NCBI RefSeq assembly: GCF_044339515.1
Contig: NZ_JBIIVK010000007.1
Span: forward strand, 6,776 to 70,775
DNA from: Flavobacterium sp.
Lineage (GTDB): Bacteria; Bacteroidota; Bacteroidia; Flavobacteriales; Flavobacteriaceae
DNA: 64,000 bases
Reading direction: 5' to 3'
Position numbers and translations under genes: made by a program. A model generated the notes under the pieces. It worked only from the letters and a program-made list of their open reading frames with translations, ran no database searches and was not told where the DNA came from. Shown here in pieces: positions 17,864-28,074 of the stretch. The stretch's first letter is position 1, and every line of letters starts with the position of its first letter.

Positions 17864-19370
17864 GATTTTTAAGTTCGAATATCTTCTTCTTTTTGCAGTA
17901 TTCATTATTGCAACATGTGGTCTTGTTTACGAATTAGTAGCAGGAACTTTAGCAAGTTATTTACTTGGGGATTCTGTTAAACAATTCTCATTTATTATAG
18001 GCGTGTATCTTTTCTCTATGGGGATAGGTTCCTATTTTGCAAAGTTTATTAAAAAGAACCAACTCAATACATTTATTGAGATAGAGATTATTGTTGGTGT
18101 CATTGGAGGGTTAAGTTCTGTAATTTTATTTCTATTGTTTGAAAAAGTGGCTTATTTTCAGTTTATATTATATTTTTTAGTATTCATTACAGGTTGTTTA
18201 GTTGGTTTAGAGATACCATTATTAATGAATATTCTAAAGGATAAAGTAAAATTCAGCGATTTAGTTTCTAATGTTTTCACTTTTGACTACATCGGTGCTT
18301 TGCTTGCTTCTGTACTTTTTCCGCTAGTATTTATCCCCCAACTTGGTATTATAAGAACTTCTTTGTTTTTCGGGATGATCAATTTGAGTGTAGCTATTGC
18401 ACTTTGTTTTATTTTACATAAAGAAATTAAAAGAGTTTATTTTCTTAAAACGAAAGCCATAATTTCGTTTTTAATTTTAGCCTTAGTTTTTGTTTTCTCT
18501 GAAAAAATACTTTCTTTTTCTGAGGAGAAATTATATGGTGAAAATATTATTTTTTCCAAAACCACCGCCTACCAAAGAATTGTTTTAACCCATATAAAAA
18601 ACGATTACAAACTTTATTTAAACAACAATTTACAATTTAGTTCTGCCGATGAATATCGTTATCACGAGGCTTTGGTTCACCCGGCAATGTCATCTGCAAA
18701 ATCTGTTACGAAAGTATTGGTTTTAGGTGGGGGTGATGGTTTGGCAGCTAGAGAGATTCTAAAATATAAAGATGTAAAAGATATAACACTTGTGGATTTA
18801 GATGGTGGTATGACAACATTATTTCGTACCAATTCCGTGTTAACTTCCTTGAACAACAAAGCATTACTAAACGAGAAAGTGAGAGTATTCAATGAGGATG
18901 CATTTCTTTGGATTAAACAAGCGAAAAAGAAATATGATGTAGTAATTATCGATTTTCCTGATCCTTCCAATTATAGTTTAGGCAAATTATATTCGGTTAA
19001 TTTTTATCTATCTCTTCAAAAAGTTTTAGCACCTGGAGCAGTGGTAGCCATTCAAACAACATCACCTTTCTTTGCTCCAAAATCATTTTGGTGTATAAAT
19101 AAAACCGTTAAAACCGTTTTTTCCAAAACAGATCCTTATCATGTTTATGTTCCGTCTTTTGGAGAATGGGGTTTTACGATTACATCAAATAATCCAACCT
19201 ATAATGTTGATTTAATTCATAGAAAAGTAAATAATTTACGTTTTTATAATTATAAGTTCAAGAGTCTTAACCAATTTGCAGATGACATGAGGGCTAATAA
19301 TGTGGAGGTAAACAGATTGGATAACCAAATTTTAGTGCGATATTTTGATGAAGAGTGGGGAAAATTATAA
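17856..19370 (+). CDS. speE: Polyamine aminopropyltransferase (spermidine-synthase family) fused to an N-terminal multi-TM domain
   Basis: About seven TM segments, then YQRI, LYLNNNLQFSSADEYRYHEAL, LGGGDG, VDLD, DFPDP. ATG at 17856 overlaps the DUF350 stop. Confidence 0.9.
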   Translation: MGKIFKFEYLLLFAVFIIATCGLVYELVAGTLASYLLGDSVKQFSFIIGVYLFSMGIGSYFAKFIKKNQLNTFIEIEIIVGVIGGLSSVILFLLFEKVAYFQFILYFLVFITGCLVGLEIPLLMNILKDKVKFSDLVSNVFTFDYIGALLASVLFPLVFIPQLGIIRTSLFFGMINLSVAIALCFILHKEIKRVYFLKTKAIISFLILALVFVFSEKILSFSEEKLYGENIIFSKTTAYQRIVLTHIKNDYKLYLNNNLQFSSADEYRYHEALVHPAMSSAKSVTKVLVLGGGDGLAAREILKYKDVKDITLVDLDGGMTTLFRTNSVLTSLNNKALLNEKVRVFNEDAFLWIKQAKKKYDVVIIDFPDPSNYSLGKLYSVNFYLSLQKVLAPGAVVAIQTTSPFFAPKSFWCINKTVKTVFSKTDPYHVYVPSFGEWGFTITSNNPTYNVDLIHRKVNNLRFYNYKFKSLNQFADDMRANNVEVNRLDNQILVRYFDEEWGKL

Positions 19371-20976
19371 TTCACGCAGAAGATTTATACAAAAATTAGC
19401 CGCTTTTTCTGTGATGGCAGCTGTTCCCCATTTTTTGTTTTCGTGTAAAGAAAAATTGTCAGGTTTTATTTTGAAGGCAACCGGCACCAATCATATACTT
19501 GGACATAGACTATGGTTAAAAAATTTCCCACCTCCTTCAAGAATAGTACAAATGCCTTATTTAATTATAGGAGGTGGAATTACAGGACTTTCAGCTTCAA
19601 GGCAACTCAAAAAAAATGGGATTGACGATTTTTATGTTTTGGAGATTGAAAGTAATGTTGGTGGCAACTCAAGCAATGGAGCAAATAACTATTCAAAGTT
19701 TCCACTTGCAGCTCATTATCTGCCCTTGCCAAATATTCGGGATAAAGAATTGTTAGCTTTTCTTGAAGAATCTAAAATAATCATTAGTTACAACAAAGGT
19801 ATGCCAATCTTCGATGAGCAACAACTTTGTTTTGACCCAAACGAACGTTTGTTCATTAGGAATACATGGCAAAGTGATCTAATTCCTAAGTATGGAAATT
19901 CTTCAGAATCAGATCGTCAAATTGATTTGTTTTTTCAATTGATAAGTGCATATAGGAGTAAAAAAGGAACTGATGGAAAGTATTTTTTTGACATTCCGCT
20001 TCATTTTTGTTCTAAGGATTCCGATTTAGATGATTTAGATAACAAAACAATGAAAACTTGGCTTAATGAAAATAATTTTGATGCAGATGAATTGTTGTTG
20101 TATGTAGATTATTGTTGCAAAGATGATTTTGGACTGGGAATTGAATTCGTTTCTGCTTGGGCAGGAATTCATTATTTTGCTGCGAGAAAGCATGAAAATA
20201 CGATGTATAATGATACTGTTCTCACATGGCCAGAAGGTAATGGAAGATTAGTTGAACATTTGAAATACTATGCTAAAAATAATGTGTTATCTAACACTTT
20301 AGTTTATGAAATTAAGATTGAAAACAATACTGTTAAAGTATTGGCTTATAATGCAGAAACGAATGAATCGATACATTTTATAGCGGAAAGGGTTATAGTT
20401 TGTACACCACAATTTATTAATAAATATTTATTTCAGGAAAGAAAAAAAATCTATGAAGGTTTTCACTATGCTCCATGGTTTTCCGCTACTGTCACTCTAT
20501 TAGAAATACCAGATAATGATAGCTTTCCATTGTCATGGGACAATGTTATTTTGAAGGGGAAAGGGCTTGGCTATGTTTATAATCAACACCAACATTTAGA
20601 ACAAGTAATAGATAGGAAAGTGATTACTTATTACTACAGTTTTAGCTCAGATGATTTAGCAAACGATAGAAAACAATTATTAAAAAAACCCGTTTCATAT
20701 TGGAAGGAATTGATGATTGCCGATTTAAAAATTGCTCATCCAGATATAGAAGAATTTATAATTGATATCGAAATTCATAAAATCGGACATGGAATGATTA
20801 GTCCTGTGCCCGGTTTTTTGAAGGGTCAATATTTATATGAAGCGTCTGAGTGTATAGAAAATAAAATCTATTTTGCTCACAGTGATTTATCAGGCATTTC
20901 GATTTTTGAAGAGGCTTTTCACCAAGGAATTAATGTCGTAAACAAAATAATTAATGACGCAACCTTGGATACATAA
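19348..20976 (+). CDS. FAD-dependent oxidoreductase (flavin amine-oxidase-like), predicted Tat-exported lipoprotein
   Basis: SRRRFIQK twin-arginine motif, LFSC lipobox, IGGGITG Rossmann motif, C-terminal SGISIFEEAFHQG. Confidence 0.85.
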   Translation: MKSGENYNSRRRFIQKLAAFSVMAAVPHFLFSCKEKLSGFILKATGTNHILGHRLWLKNFPPPSRIVQMPYLIIGGGITGLSASRQLKKNGIDDFYVLEIESNVGGNSSNGANNYSKFPLAAHYLPLPNIRDKELLAFLEESKIIISYNKGMPIFDEQQLCFDPNERLFIRNTWQSDLIPKYGNSSESDRQIDLFFQLISAYRSKKGTDGKYFFDIPLHFCSKDSDLDDLDNKTMKTWLNENNFDADELLLYVDYCCKDDFGLGIEFVSAWAGIHYFAARKHENTMYNDTVLTWPEGNGRLVEHLKYYAKNNVLSNTLVYEIKIENNTVKVLAYNAETNESIHFIAERVIVCTPQFINKYLFQERKKIYEGFHYAPWFSATVTLLEIPDNDSFPLSWDNVILKGKGLGYVYNQHQHLEQVIDRKVITYYYSFSSDDLANDRKQLLKKPVSYWKELMIADLKIAHPDIEEFIIDIEIHKIGHGMISPVPGFLKGQYLYEASECIENKIYFAHSDLSGISIFEEAFHQGINVVNKIINDATLDT

Positions 20977-21967
20977 ACCTAAAACAGATTTTCTGTTTAT
21001 CCTTTTTCCTTCATTTTTTGTGCTTGGAATTATTTTTATTTTTCAGAATTGGTTAGTGAAAATTCAAGAAGATTTTTCTTTTTATACATGGTTGTTTTTA
21101 ATTGTATTTATTGATGTAGCACATGTATATTCAACACTTTTTAAAACCTATTTTGTAAAAAGTGAATTTCAAAGAAGAAGGAAATTATATATCGGTTTAC
21201 CAATTATTTGTTTTTTGATTGGCTTGGTTTTATTTAGTTTTGGCAGTAAATTATTTTGGTCTGTTTTAGCATATGTTGCTGTTTTTCATTTTATTAGACA
21301 GCAATATGGATTTGTTAGATTGTATTCCAGAAAAGAAGAGAAGACAAAAGCAAATAGGTATTCAGATGCGTTAATTATTTATACGGCAACTTTATACCCC
21401 ATGCTTTATTGGTTTTTTTCTTCACCAAGAGCTTTTAATTGGTTTGTTGAAAAGGAATTTATTCAAGTTGAAAATGTTTTGTTAACGCAAATTGCAAGCG
21501 TGTTTTATGTATTAATAATAACCTATTACATATCTCGAACTACAGCAATATACCTGAAGACAAATTATTTTAATATTCCAAAAAACTTAATTATTCTTGG
21601 CACACTCTTGTCATGGTATTTCGGAATTGTATTTTTTAATAATGATTTAGTATTTACGCTCTTAAACGTTGTTTCGCATGGCATTCCGTATATGGCTTTA
21701 ATTTATCTAAAAGAGATTGATTTAAGGCCCAAAGAAGAGATGGGAGTATTATTTCATTTTAAAAGTGCTAAAGGTTTATTTTTATTCGTCTTATTAATTT
21801 TAGGGATTGCTTTCGCCGAAGAATATTTATGGGAAATATTGGTTTGGCAAGAAAATTTCGAATCGAATTTCGATACTTTTAAATTACAATTTGTATTAGT
21901 TCCATTACTGACTGTTCCTCAATTTACGCACTACTTGCTGGATGGTTTTATTTGGAAATCTAAATAA
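20954..21967 (+). CDS. Uncharacterised multi-TM protein with four His-containing motifs
   Basis: DVAHVYSTL, FHFIRQQYG, SHGIPY, THYLLDGFIW. Confidence 0.8.
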   Translation: MTQPWIHKPKTDFLFILFPSFFVLGIIFIFQNWLVKIQEDFSFYTWLFLIVFIDVAHVYSTLFKTYFVKSEFQRRRKLYIGLPIICFLIGLVLFSFGSKLFWSVLAYVAVFHFIRQQYGFVRLYSRKEEKTKANRYSDALIIYTATLYPMLYWFFSSPRAFNWFVEKEFIQVENVLLTQIASVFYVLIITYYISRTTAIYLKTNYFNIPKNLIILGTLLSWYFGIVFFNNDLVFTLLNVVSHGIPYMALIYLKEIDLRPKEEMGVLFHFKSAKGLFLFVLLILGIAFAEEYLWEILVWQENFESNFDTFKLQFVLVPLLTVPQFTHYLLDGFIWKSK

Positions 21968-21982
21968 TTATTGATTTTTTTC

Positions 21983-22696
21983 TTAAATTCCAAGTTTAGC
22001 TCTCGCAACCGGAAGGAGTCGCTCCACAAATTTAGAGTAGGCCAATTCAGATGGATGTAAATTATCCGAAGCAACCAATTGCGGATTATTCAATCCATCT
22101 CGTGTAATGTCTGTAATGTTCACAAATTTAATTTCTAGCGATTCTGCATGATTTTTAGCAAATAAATTATATTGATCGAGTTGATTAGAAATAGTTTCCG
22201 GGTTTGAACTTCCCTGACCAAAAGGCGTAAAAGCATAATCCGGGATAGAAACCACAATAACACGATTTTTATCTCCTTTTGCCAAGGTGATTGCGGTTTG
22301 CAACAACTCAGGAAACTCGGTTTCGTATAATGAAAAAGGTCTGTTTTGATATTGATTGTTAACACCAATTAATAACGTAACCAAATCGTATTGAGCTTGC
22401 AAATTTTCATTTGTGATAGCGTTTTTTAGGTTAGTAGTTGTCCAACCGGTTTGGGCCACCACTTTCACAAAAATATTATCAGAAGAAGGTAAATAATTTT
22501 TCAGACTATCTTTCAATTGTTCCGGGAATCGACATGTCTCGCATACGTTTTGTCCAATTGTATAACTATCGCCCAAAGCTAAATAGTTGAAATTCCTACT
22601 GGTTGGTTCGGTAATGATTGGTGGTGTTTCATCTGTGGTTGAGCAACCGATTAATGGTGTAATCACCATGATCAAAAGGAAAATCAATTTTCTCAT
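21983..22696 (-). CDS. SGNH/GDSL hydrolase lipoprotein
   Basis: LIGC lipobox, LGDSYT, GVNN, DNLHP. Confidence 0.92.
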   Translation of the reverse strand: MRKLIFLLIMVITPLIGCSTTDETPPIITEPTSRNFNYLALGDSYTIGQNVCETCRFPEQLKDSLKNYLPSSDNIFVKVVAQTGWTTTNLKNAITNENLQAQYDLVTLLIGVNNQYQNRPFSLYETEFPELLQTAITLAKGDKNRVIVVSIPDYAFTPFGQGSSNPETISNQLDQYNLFAKNHAESLEIKFVNITDITRDGLNNPQLVASDNLHPSELAYSKFVERLLPVARAKLGI

Positions 22697-23601
22697 ACTT
22701 TTTTTGTTTGATAATCTGTTAATTTAATTGGGCCTTCTAAAACTTCTTTTACAATTTGTAGTGTTCCGTCTGATTTGGTATCAATAAACCATTTAATCAA
22801 TGCAATTGTTCCTTGTACAATCTCAATTCCGGTAATACTTCTGGGGTGTACACAACTTCCGTCATTAAAATAGTTGATAGAATTGTCATTAATGTTTGGG
22901 AATCGAGGACGGTGCGTATGTCCGGTAATTGTGATAATATTATTGTTATCTGCAATCCATCTTTTTATTCGACGTTCAATTTTAATTAATTCAACATAAT
23001 TTTTTGCCGGACTTGTTGGATCTTTTATTCCCCAAACTTGAAGCGGTTTCCATAAAATTTGAACTAAAAATCGATTGATTTTCCATCCAATGTAATTCAT
23101 AAAATCGGCCTGATGACCATGGGTTAAAAAAAGGTGCTGACCCGTTTCTAAATTTTCAAGTACGATGGCTTCATGGTATTCAATTCCCGTAAATAGCGGT
23201 TCGTCTTTACCGGTTTTTGGGTCAAAAAAAGTGCTTAATTTTTTCTTTACAACATTTTTATCTCGATAAACCATATCGTGATTGCCATAAATCATGTGAA
23301 GCCGATTGGAATCATGGTATTTTTTTAAAAGTAGATAAACATGTTTATGTGCTTCAAAAATTTCTTTAAAAAATAAGTTTTCCCATAATTCATCACCGTC
23401 ACCCAATTCACAATAGTTGAAACCTTCTGTGAAGTAATGGTTCATTGCATGAAAATAAATGTTTCGATTACTGGCAAAATCATCGGCAAAACTTGCATCA
23501 CCACGATGACAATCGCTAAAAAGAATGAACTTTGACTTGTTGTCAAACGGAATTCTTTTAGCATTTTCAAAAGCTCTTGTAAGACGGGTTTGTGATGACA
23601 T
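22693..23601 (-). CDS. Calcineurin-like metallophosphoesterase
   Basis: SDCH, GDGDE, GNHD, THGH, GHTH. Confidence 0.9.
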   Translation of the reverse strand: MSSQTRLTRAFENAKRIPFDNKSKFILFSDCHRGDASFADDFASNRNIYFHAMNHYFTEGFNYCELGDGDELWENLFFKEIFEAHKHVYLLLKKYHDSNRLHMIYGNHDMVYRDKNVVKKKLSTFFDPKTGKDEPLFTGIEYHEAIVLENLETGQHLFLTHGHQADFMNYIGWKINRFLVQILWKPLQVWGIKDPTSPAKNYVELIKIERRIKRWIADNNNIITITGHTHRPRFPNINDNSINYFNDGSCVHPRSITGIEIVQGTIALIKWFIDTKSDGTLQIVKEVLEGPIKLTDYQTKKV

Positions 23602-23633
23602 AAGTTATGAGAATCGATTTTAAAGATATAAAA

Positions 23634-23661
23634 AAAACCTCCAAAACTAATTTGGAGGTTA
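23634..23661. terminator. Intrinsic terminator hairpin
   Basis: AACCTCCAAA-ACTAA-TTTGGAGGTT with a flanking A-run. Confidence 0.7.
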
Positions 23662-23681
23662 AAATTTATCAATTGTTTACA

Positions 23682-25715
23682 TTAATTTTTTATAAATCGA
23701 ATCACGGTTGATTGTTCGTCTTTGATAATTTTAATAAAATAAACACCTGTGGTATACGATTCTGTATTAACAGACAGATCATTAACTGAGGAGACTTTTT
23801 TATCATCGATTAATTGTCCTAAATTGTTGAAGATACTCAATTGATTTGGCAATCCAATTTCTTCTGCGATACCAATATTGAGTTGATTGTTTACAGGATT
23901 TGGGAATAACTTGATTCCGTTAGAAAAAGTATTTTCCGTAGTGTTTAAGTTTTGATCTATTCCAAAAGTTTTTGATTCCGATTCACCAAATTCACCTCCG
24001 GATATAATTAATTCATCTTCAGAAGTTTTGATTTCATAAATTCCATCTCCATAGCTACAACAAATCCCATCCCCATAAGAGTCAAATATTGTAAATGTAT
24101 AACATTCATTGCTTGCTACCGCAACTGTTTCTGAATTTTCTGAGAACTCTAGATATGGACCTCCACTTGCAATAATATTATTTGAACTATCTGTAAGTTC
24201 CCATGTAGTTTCATCACCATATTCATCTGCTAAAATTGATATTGTAATTTCTTCCGTATTGAAAACCAGAATATCAAAAGTTTGATTTTTTGAGCTATTT
24301 AAAGTGTTTTCATCGAAAACATCATTTACAACCTCTATTGTTGCATTAAATACATGATTTCCTACTGTTGTTGTAATTGTTGGTAAATTTATTGTTTCCG
24401 ATTGACCATTTGTGAGCGAACCATTCCAAATGTATATATCGCTATTGCTGCCATCTATGTTGTATATGATTTCTGCAAAAGAAAGGGTGTTATTTCCAAC
24501 ATTTGTTATTCGTAAGGTAGGTGAAAGTGTTGTGCCACATTCGGCAACATTTAAATCTAATATATTAAGAGAACCATCATTGTCATAGGTTTGTCCTGGT
24601 TGACAAGCCAAAGAAGTTCCTAACGTCGCTCTTCGTTGTGCATTAGTTAAAACAGCAATCATTCTGTCTTTTTGATCTTGTGTAAAAACGTTCATGCAAG
24701 CATCATTAGAATAGTCCATATAATTTTCAACCATATCTAAACCGGGAAATGCCGGGCAAGAATCTATTCCAATACTACAGCCTGAATTTGCTTCAGCTGC
24801 TCTTGGCGTGTCATCACAAAAGTCATCTACATCACAACCACCATCGCCCCAAATATGTCTCAAGCCTAGGTAGTGCCCCACTTCATGTGTTGATGTTCTT
24901 CCTTTGTCATTTGGAGCAGAGTAGGTGCCGGCAGGATAAATGTCACTTGAGCCAAAATAACGGTGACCTATCACAACACCATCTGAATTTGCAGGACCGG
25001 TACCTTCTTCAAGACCTTCTAATCCTGAACCTGACGGGAATTGAGCATAACCTAAAATTTCTCCAATTTCAAAACCAAAAATTGTAATTACAATTCTGTT
25101 TACAACCCATATATTTAAGTATTCGTTGGGATTCCATTGTGTTTGCGGTTTTATTTCGGTATTTATATCATCTATTTCCCAACTGGCTTCGCTACCTAAG
25201 TTGTAGCGATTTATTCCGGTTGTAAATAACCCGTTTGGATCACGTTGGGCCAAACAAAATTGAATTTCAGTATCTACTCCAACTGGATTGGTATTGAATC
25301 CGGGAGTTCCTGCAACTCGACCAAAGTCTTGATTTAAGACTGTAATTTGGGATAGAATTTGGGCGTCTGTAATATTTTCGTTTACTCCTAATGCATCTCC
25401 ATTATGAATAACATGCACTACAACCGGAATTGTGATTACATTTAAACTGGAATTGTTATTTTGTCTCGCAGCTAATCGATTCGCTTTAATAGCTTCAATT
25501 TTAGGAGCTAACCAATTTTCAAATTGTGTATCACTGTTTCGATTTGGGTAAAGGTCACGAAGTTTTTGTTCGTTCTCTGTTGTTGCACATCTGATTTTCT
25601 CTAATTTGGCTTTTCCAAATTGAGTAGCTTTTTCAGTATTTTGCCCGTTAACATTATAAAATGAAAACAAAATGAAAGACAAAATGAAAAATGTTGAAGT
25701 AAAATTTTTATTCAT
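23682..25715 (-). CDS. M43 (pappalysin/ulilysin-like) zinc metalloprotease with T9SS type-A C-terminal sorting domain
   Basis: TIPVVVHVIH, HEVGHYLGLRH, NYMDY Met-turn; C-terminus LFPNPV...GVYFIKI. Confidence 0.93.
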   Translation of the reverse strand: MNKNFTSTFFILSFILFSFYNVNGQNTEKATQFGKAKLEKIRCATTENEQKLRDLYPNRNSDTQFENWLAPKIEAIKANRLAARQNNNSSLNVITIPVVVHVIHNGDALGVNENITDAQILSQITVLNQDFGRVAGTPGFNTNPVGVDTEIQFCLAQRDPNGLFTTGINRYNLGSEASWEIDDINTEIKPQTQWNPNEYLNIWVVNRIVITIFGFEIGEILGYAQFPSGSGLEGLEEGTGPANSDGVVIGHRYFGSSDIYPAGTYSAPNDKGRTSTHEVGHYLGLRHIWGDGGCDVDDFCDDTPRAAEANSGCSIGIDSCPAFPGLDMVENYMDYSNDACMNVFTQDQKDRMIAVLTNAQRRATLGTSLACQPGQTYDNDGSLNILDLNVAECGTTLSPTLRITNVGNNTLSFAEIIYNIDGSNSDIYIWNGSLTNGQSETINLPTITTTVGNHVFNATIEVVNDVFDENTLNSSKNQTFDILVFNTEEITISILADEYGDETTWELTDSSNNIIASGGPYLEFSENSETVAVASNECYTFTIFDSYGDGICCSYGDGIYEIKTSEDELIISGGEFGESESKTFGIDQNLNTTENTFSNGIKLFPNPVNNQLNIGIAEEIGLPNQLSIFNNLGQLIDDKKVSSVNDLSVNTESYTTGVYFIKIIKDEQSTVIRFIKN

Positions 25716-25765
25716 ACTACGATTTATAGATTTTGAAGTCGCAATATAAAAATAAATTAAACAAA

Positions 25766-26554
25766 TTAATTGCTTAAGGTCAGATTTCCTTCCAGAATTT
25801 TTTCTTCAATCGCATCCCAAAGAGCAATTCGTTTTTCTAGGGCTTGAATTGAGATTTCTTCAACTTCTTTCCATTTGGTTTCACTATTACCACACAAATC
25901 GTTAATCATAAGCATAGCCATCGGCCCGTGTTCATCACCATCTAATTCAATGTGTCTTTCAAAATAATAAATCAATTTAGATAAATCGGTTTCCGGAAAA
26001 TTAGCTTGGAGATTCTTTAAAATAGCAGTAAACATTTCCGGAATCAGATCTTCTCTTCCGAAAGTAAAAGCGGCAGCAATTTCATGTGGTTTTCCTTGTT
26101 CAATGACACGGAAGGTAAAATCAAGAAAACTTTTGATATTGGGATGCAAATCACTTTTTTTGATGGAAACAAATATGTTTTGGGTTTTGACGACATTTTC
26201 TAAAAATGACTCAATTGCTTTTGTATTGGCACCGCATGATTTCATCGCATCAAGATACATTTCATAATGGCTTTGTCTTTTTCCTTCTAGGGAAATATCG
26301 GTTTCTTCAGCCAATACAATTTCATTGATTAAATACCTTGTTTCAGGATTTCCTGTAGGTAACCAAGGTGTTGTGGTGCATGTTAAGGAGGATTGTAAAG
26401 CTTTGAGTAGCGACATAAAATCCCAAACCGCATAGATGTGCAATTCTTGGAACTGTCTTAAATCATCAATGCTTTTTATTTTTTCGTACAAAGTATGATT
26501 TAAAAGTTGCTTTTTTTGTGGTTGTATTTTTTCGTTAACAGTTTTGATATTCAT
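25766..26554 (-). CDS. DUF3050-family heme-oxygenase-like fold protein
   Basis: HIYAVWDFMSLLKALQ, INEIVLAEE, SHYEMY, ERHIELDGDEH. Confidence 0.8.
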   Translation of the reverse strand: MNIKTVNEKIQPQKKQLLNHTLYEKIKSIDDLRQFQELHIYAVWDFMSLLKALQSSLTCTTTPWLPTGNPETRYLINEIVLAEETDISLEGKRQSHYEMYLDAMKSCGANTKAIESFLENVVKTQNIFVSIKKSDLHPNIKSFLDFTFRVIEQGKPHEIAAAFTFGREDLIPEMFTAILKNLQANFPETDLSKLIYYFERHIELDGDEHGPMAMLMINDLCGNSETKWKEVEEISIQALEKRIALWDAIEEKILEGNLTLSN

Positions 26555-26612
26555 AGCAAATTTTTTTTGTAAATACGAGGTAAAACAAAAAATAGTTTTA
26601 CCTATACAAAGC

Positions 26613-26643
26613 TAAAAAAGCTTCCTCGAAAGAAGAAGCTTTT
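26613..26643. terminator. Intrinsic terminator downstream of the acyl-CoA dehydrogenase gene
   Basis: AAAAAGCTTC...GAAGCTTTTT. Confidence 0.75.
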
Positions 26644-26668
26644 TGTAATGATTTTAATTATTGTTTAA

Positions 26669-27847
26669 TTACTTGAATGCTTGCATACCGGTAATATCTG
26701 CACCGGTAATAAGTAAATGAATGTCATGTGTACCTTCATACGTAATTACAGATTCTAAATTCATACTGTGACGCATAATCGAATATTCACCTGTAATTCC
26801 CATTCCGCCAAGTATTTGACGAGCCTCTCTGGCAATGTTTATTGCCATGTCAACATTGTTTCTTTTAGCCATAGAAATTTGAGCAGTTGTCGCTTTTCCT
26901 TCATTACGCAAAACACCTAGACGCCATGTTAGCAATTGAGCTTTGGTGATTTCAGTAATCATTTCGGCTAATTTTTTTTGTTGCAATTGTGTTGCAGCAA
27001 TGGGTTTGTCAAATTGAATTCGCTCTTTTGCATAACGTAAAGCAGTGTCGTAGCAATCCATAGCAGCACCAATCGCTCCCCAAGCAATTCCATAACGAGC
27101 GGAATCTAAGCATCCAAGAGGAGCACCTAAACCTGATTTATTAGGTAATAAATTTTCCTTCGGAACTTTTACGTTATCAAAAATTAATTCACCCGTTGCC
27201 GAAGCACGTAGTGACCATTTGTTGTGTGTTTCAGGTGTGGTAAAGCCTTCCATTCCTCTTTCAACAATCAAACCGTGAATTCTTCCTTCTTCATTTTTTG
27301 CCCAAACCACAGCGATGTCTGCAAAAGGGGCATTGGAAATCCACATTTTGGCCCCATTTAATAAATAATGGTCGCCTTTATCTTTAAAATTGGTGGTCAT
27401 TCCACCTGGATTTGAACCATGATCAGGTTCGGTTAAACCAAAACAACCCATCATCTCTCCGGTAGCTAATTTTGGTAAATATTTCATGCGTTGTTCTTCA
27501 TTACCATATTTCCAAATTGGATACATGACCAAAGAAGATTGAACAGAAGATGTAGATCGAACTCCGGAATCACCTCTTTCAATTTCTTGCATAATTAATC
27601 CGTAAGAAATTTGATCTAAACCTGCACCGCCATATTCTTCTGGGATGTAAGGTCCAAAACCACCAATTTCTCCCAAACCTTTGATGATTTGTTTTGGAAA
27701 TTCAGCACGTTGTGCATAGTCTTCAATTATTGGAGATACTTCTCTTTTAACCCAAGCACGTGCAGAATCACGCACTAATTTATGTTCATCGGTTAACAAA
27801 TCATCTAATAAATAATAATCAGGAGCTTGAAATAAATCTGGTTTCAT
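26669..27847 (-). CDS. gcdH: Acyl-CoA dehydrogenase, glutaryl-CoA dehydrogenase type
   Basis: GCFGLTEPDHGS, NGAKMWISN, ILGGMG, YEGTHDIH. Confidence 0.85.
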   Translation of the reverse strand: MKPDLFQAPDYYLLDDLLTDEHKLVRDSARAWVKREVSPIIEDYAQRAEFPKQIIKGLGEIGGFGPYIPEEYGGAGLDQISYGLIMQEIERGDSGVRSTSSVQSSLVMYPIWKYGNEEQRMKYLPKLATGEMMGCFGLTEPDHGSNPGGMTTNFKDKGDHYLLNGAKMWISNAPFADIAVVWAKNEEGRIHGLIVERGMEGFTTPETHNKWSLRASATGELIFDNVKVPKENLLPNKSGLGAPLGCLDSARYGIAWGAIGAAMDCYDTALRYAKERIQFDKPIAATQLQQKKLAEMITEITKAQLLTWRLGVLRNEGKATTAQISMAKRNNVDMAINIAREARQILGGMGITGEYSIMRHSMNLESVITYEGTHDIHLLITGADITGMQAFK

Positions 27848-28074
27848 AATTTGGTATAGTGTGAGTACGAGATTGATTATCGTTAAATCATCAATTTCAA
27901 TTAATTATAATATCAGCGAAAACGTTTGCAAAAATAACTAAAGAAATGTAACAAATCAATGAACGATTGTTATATTTTTAAAATAATTGATAGATGTTTT
28001 TGCTGTTAACAACTCATTAACCTCTAGATTTAAAGAAAATATATACTTTTCAATTTATTTTTAAAGCTATAGAA

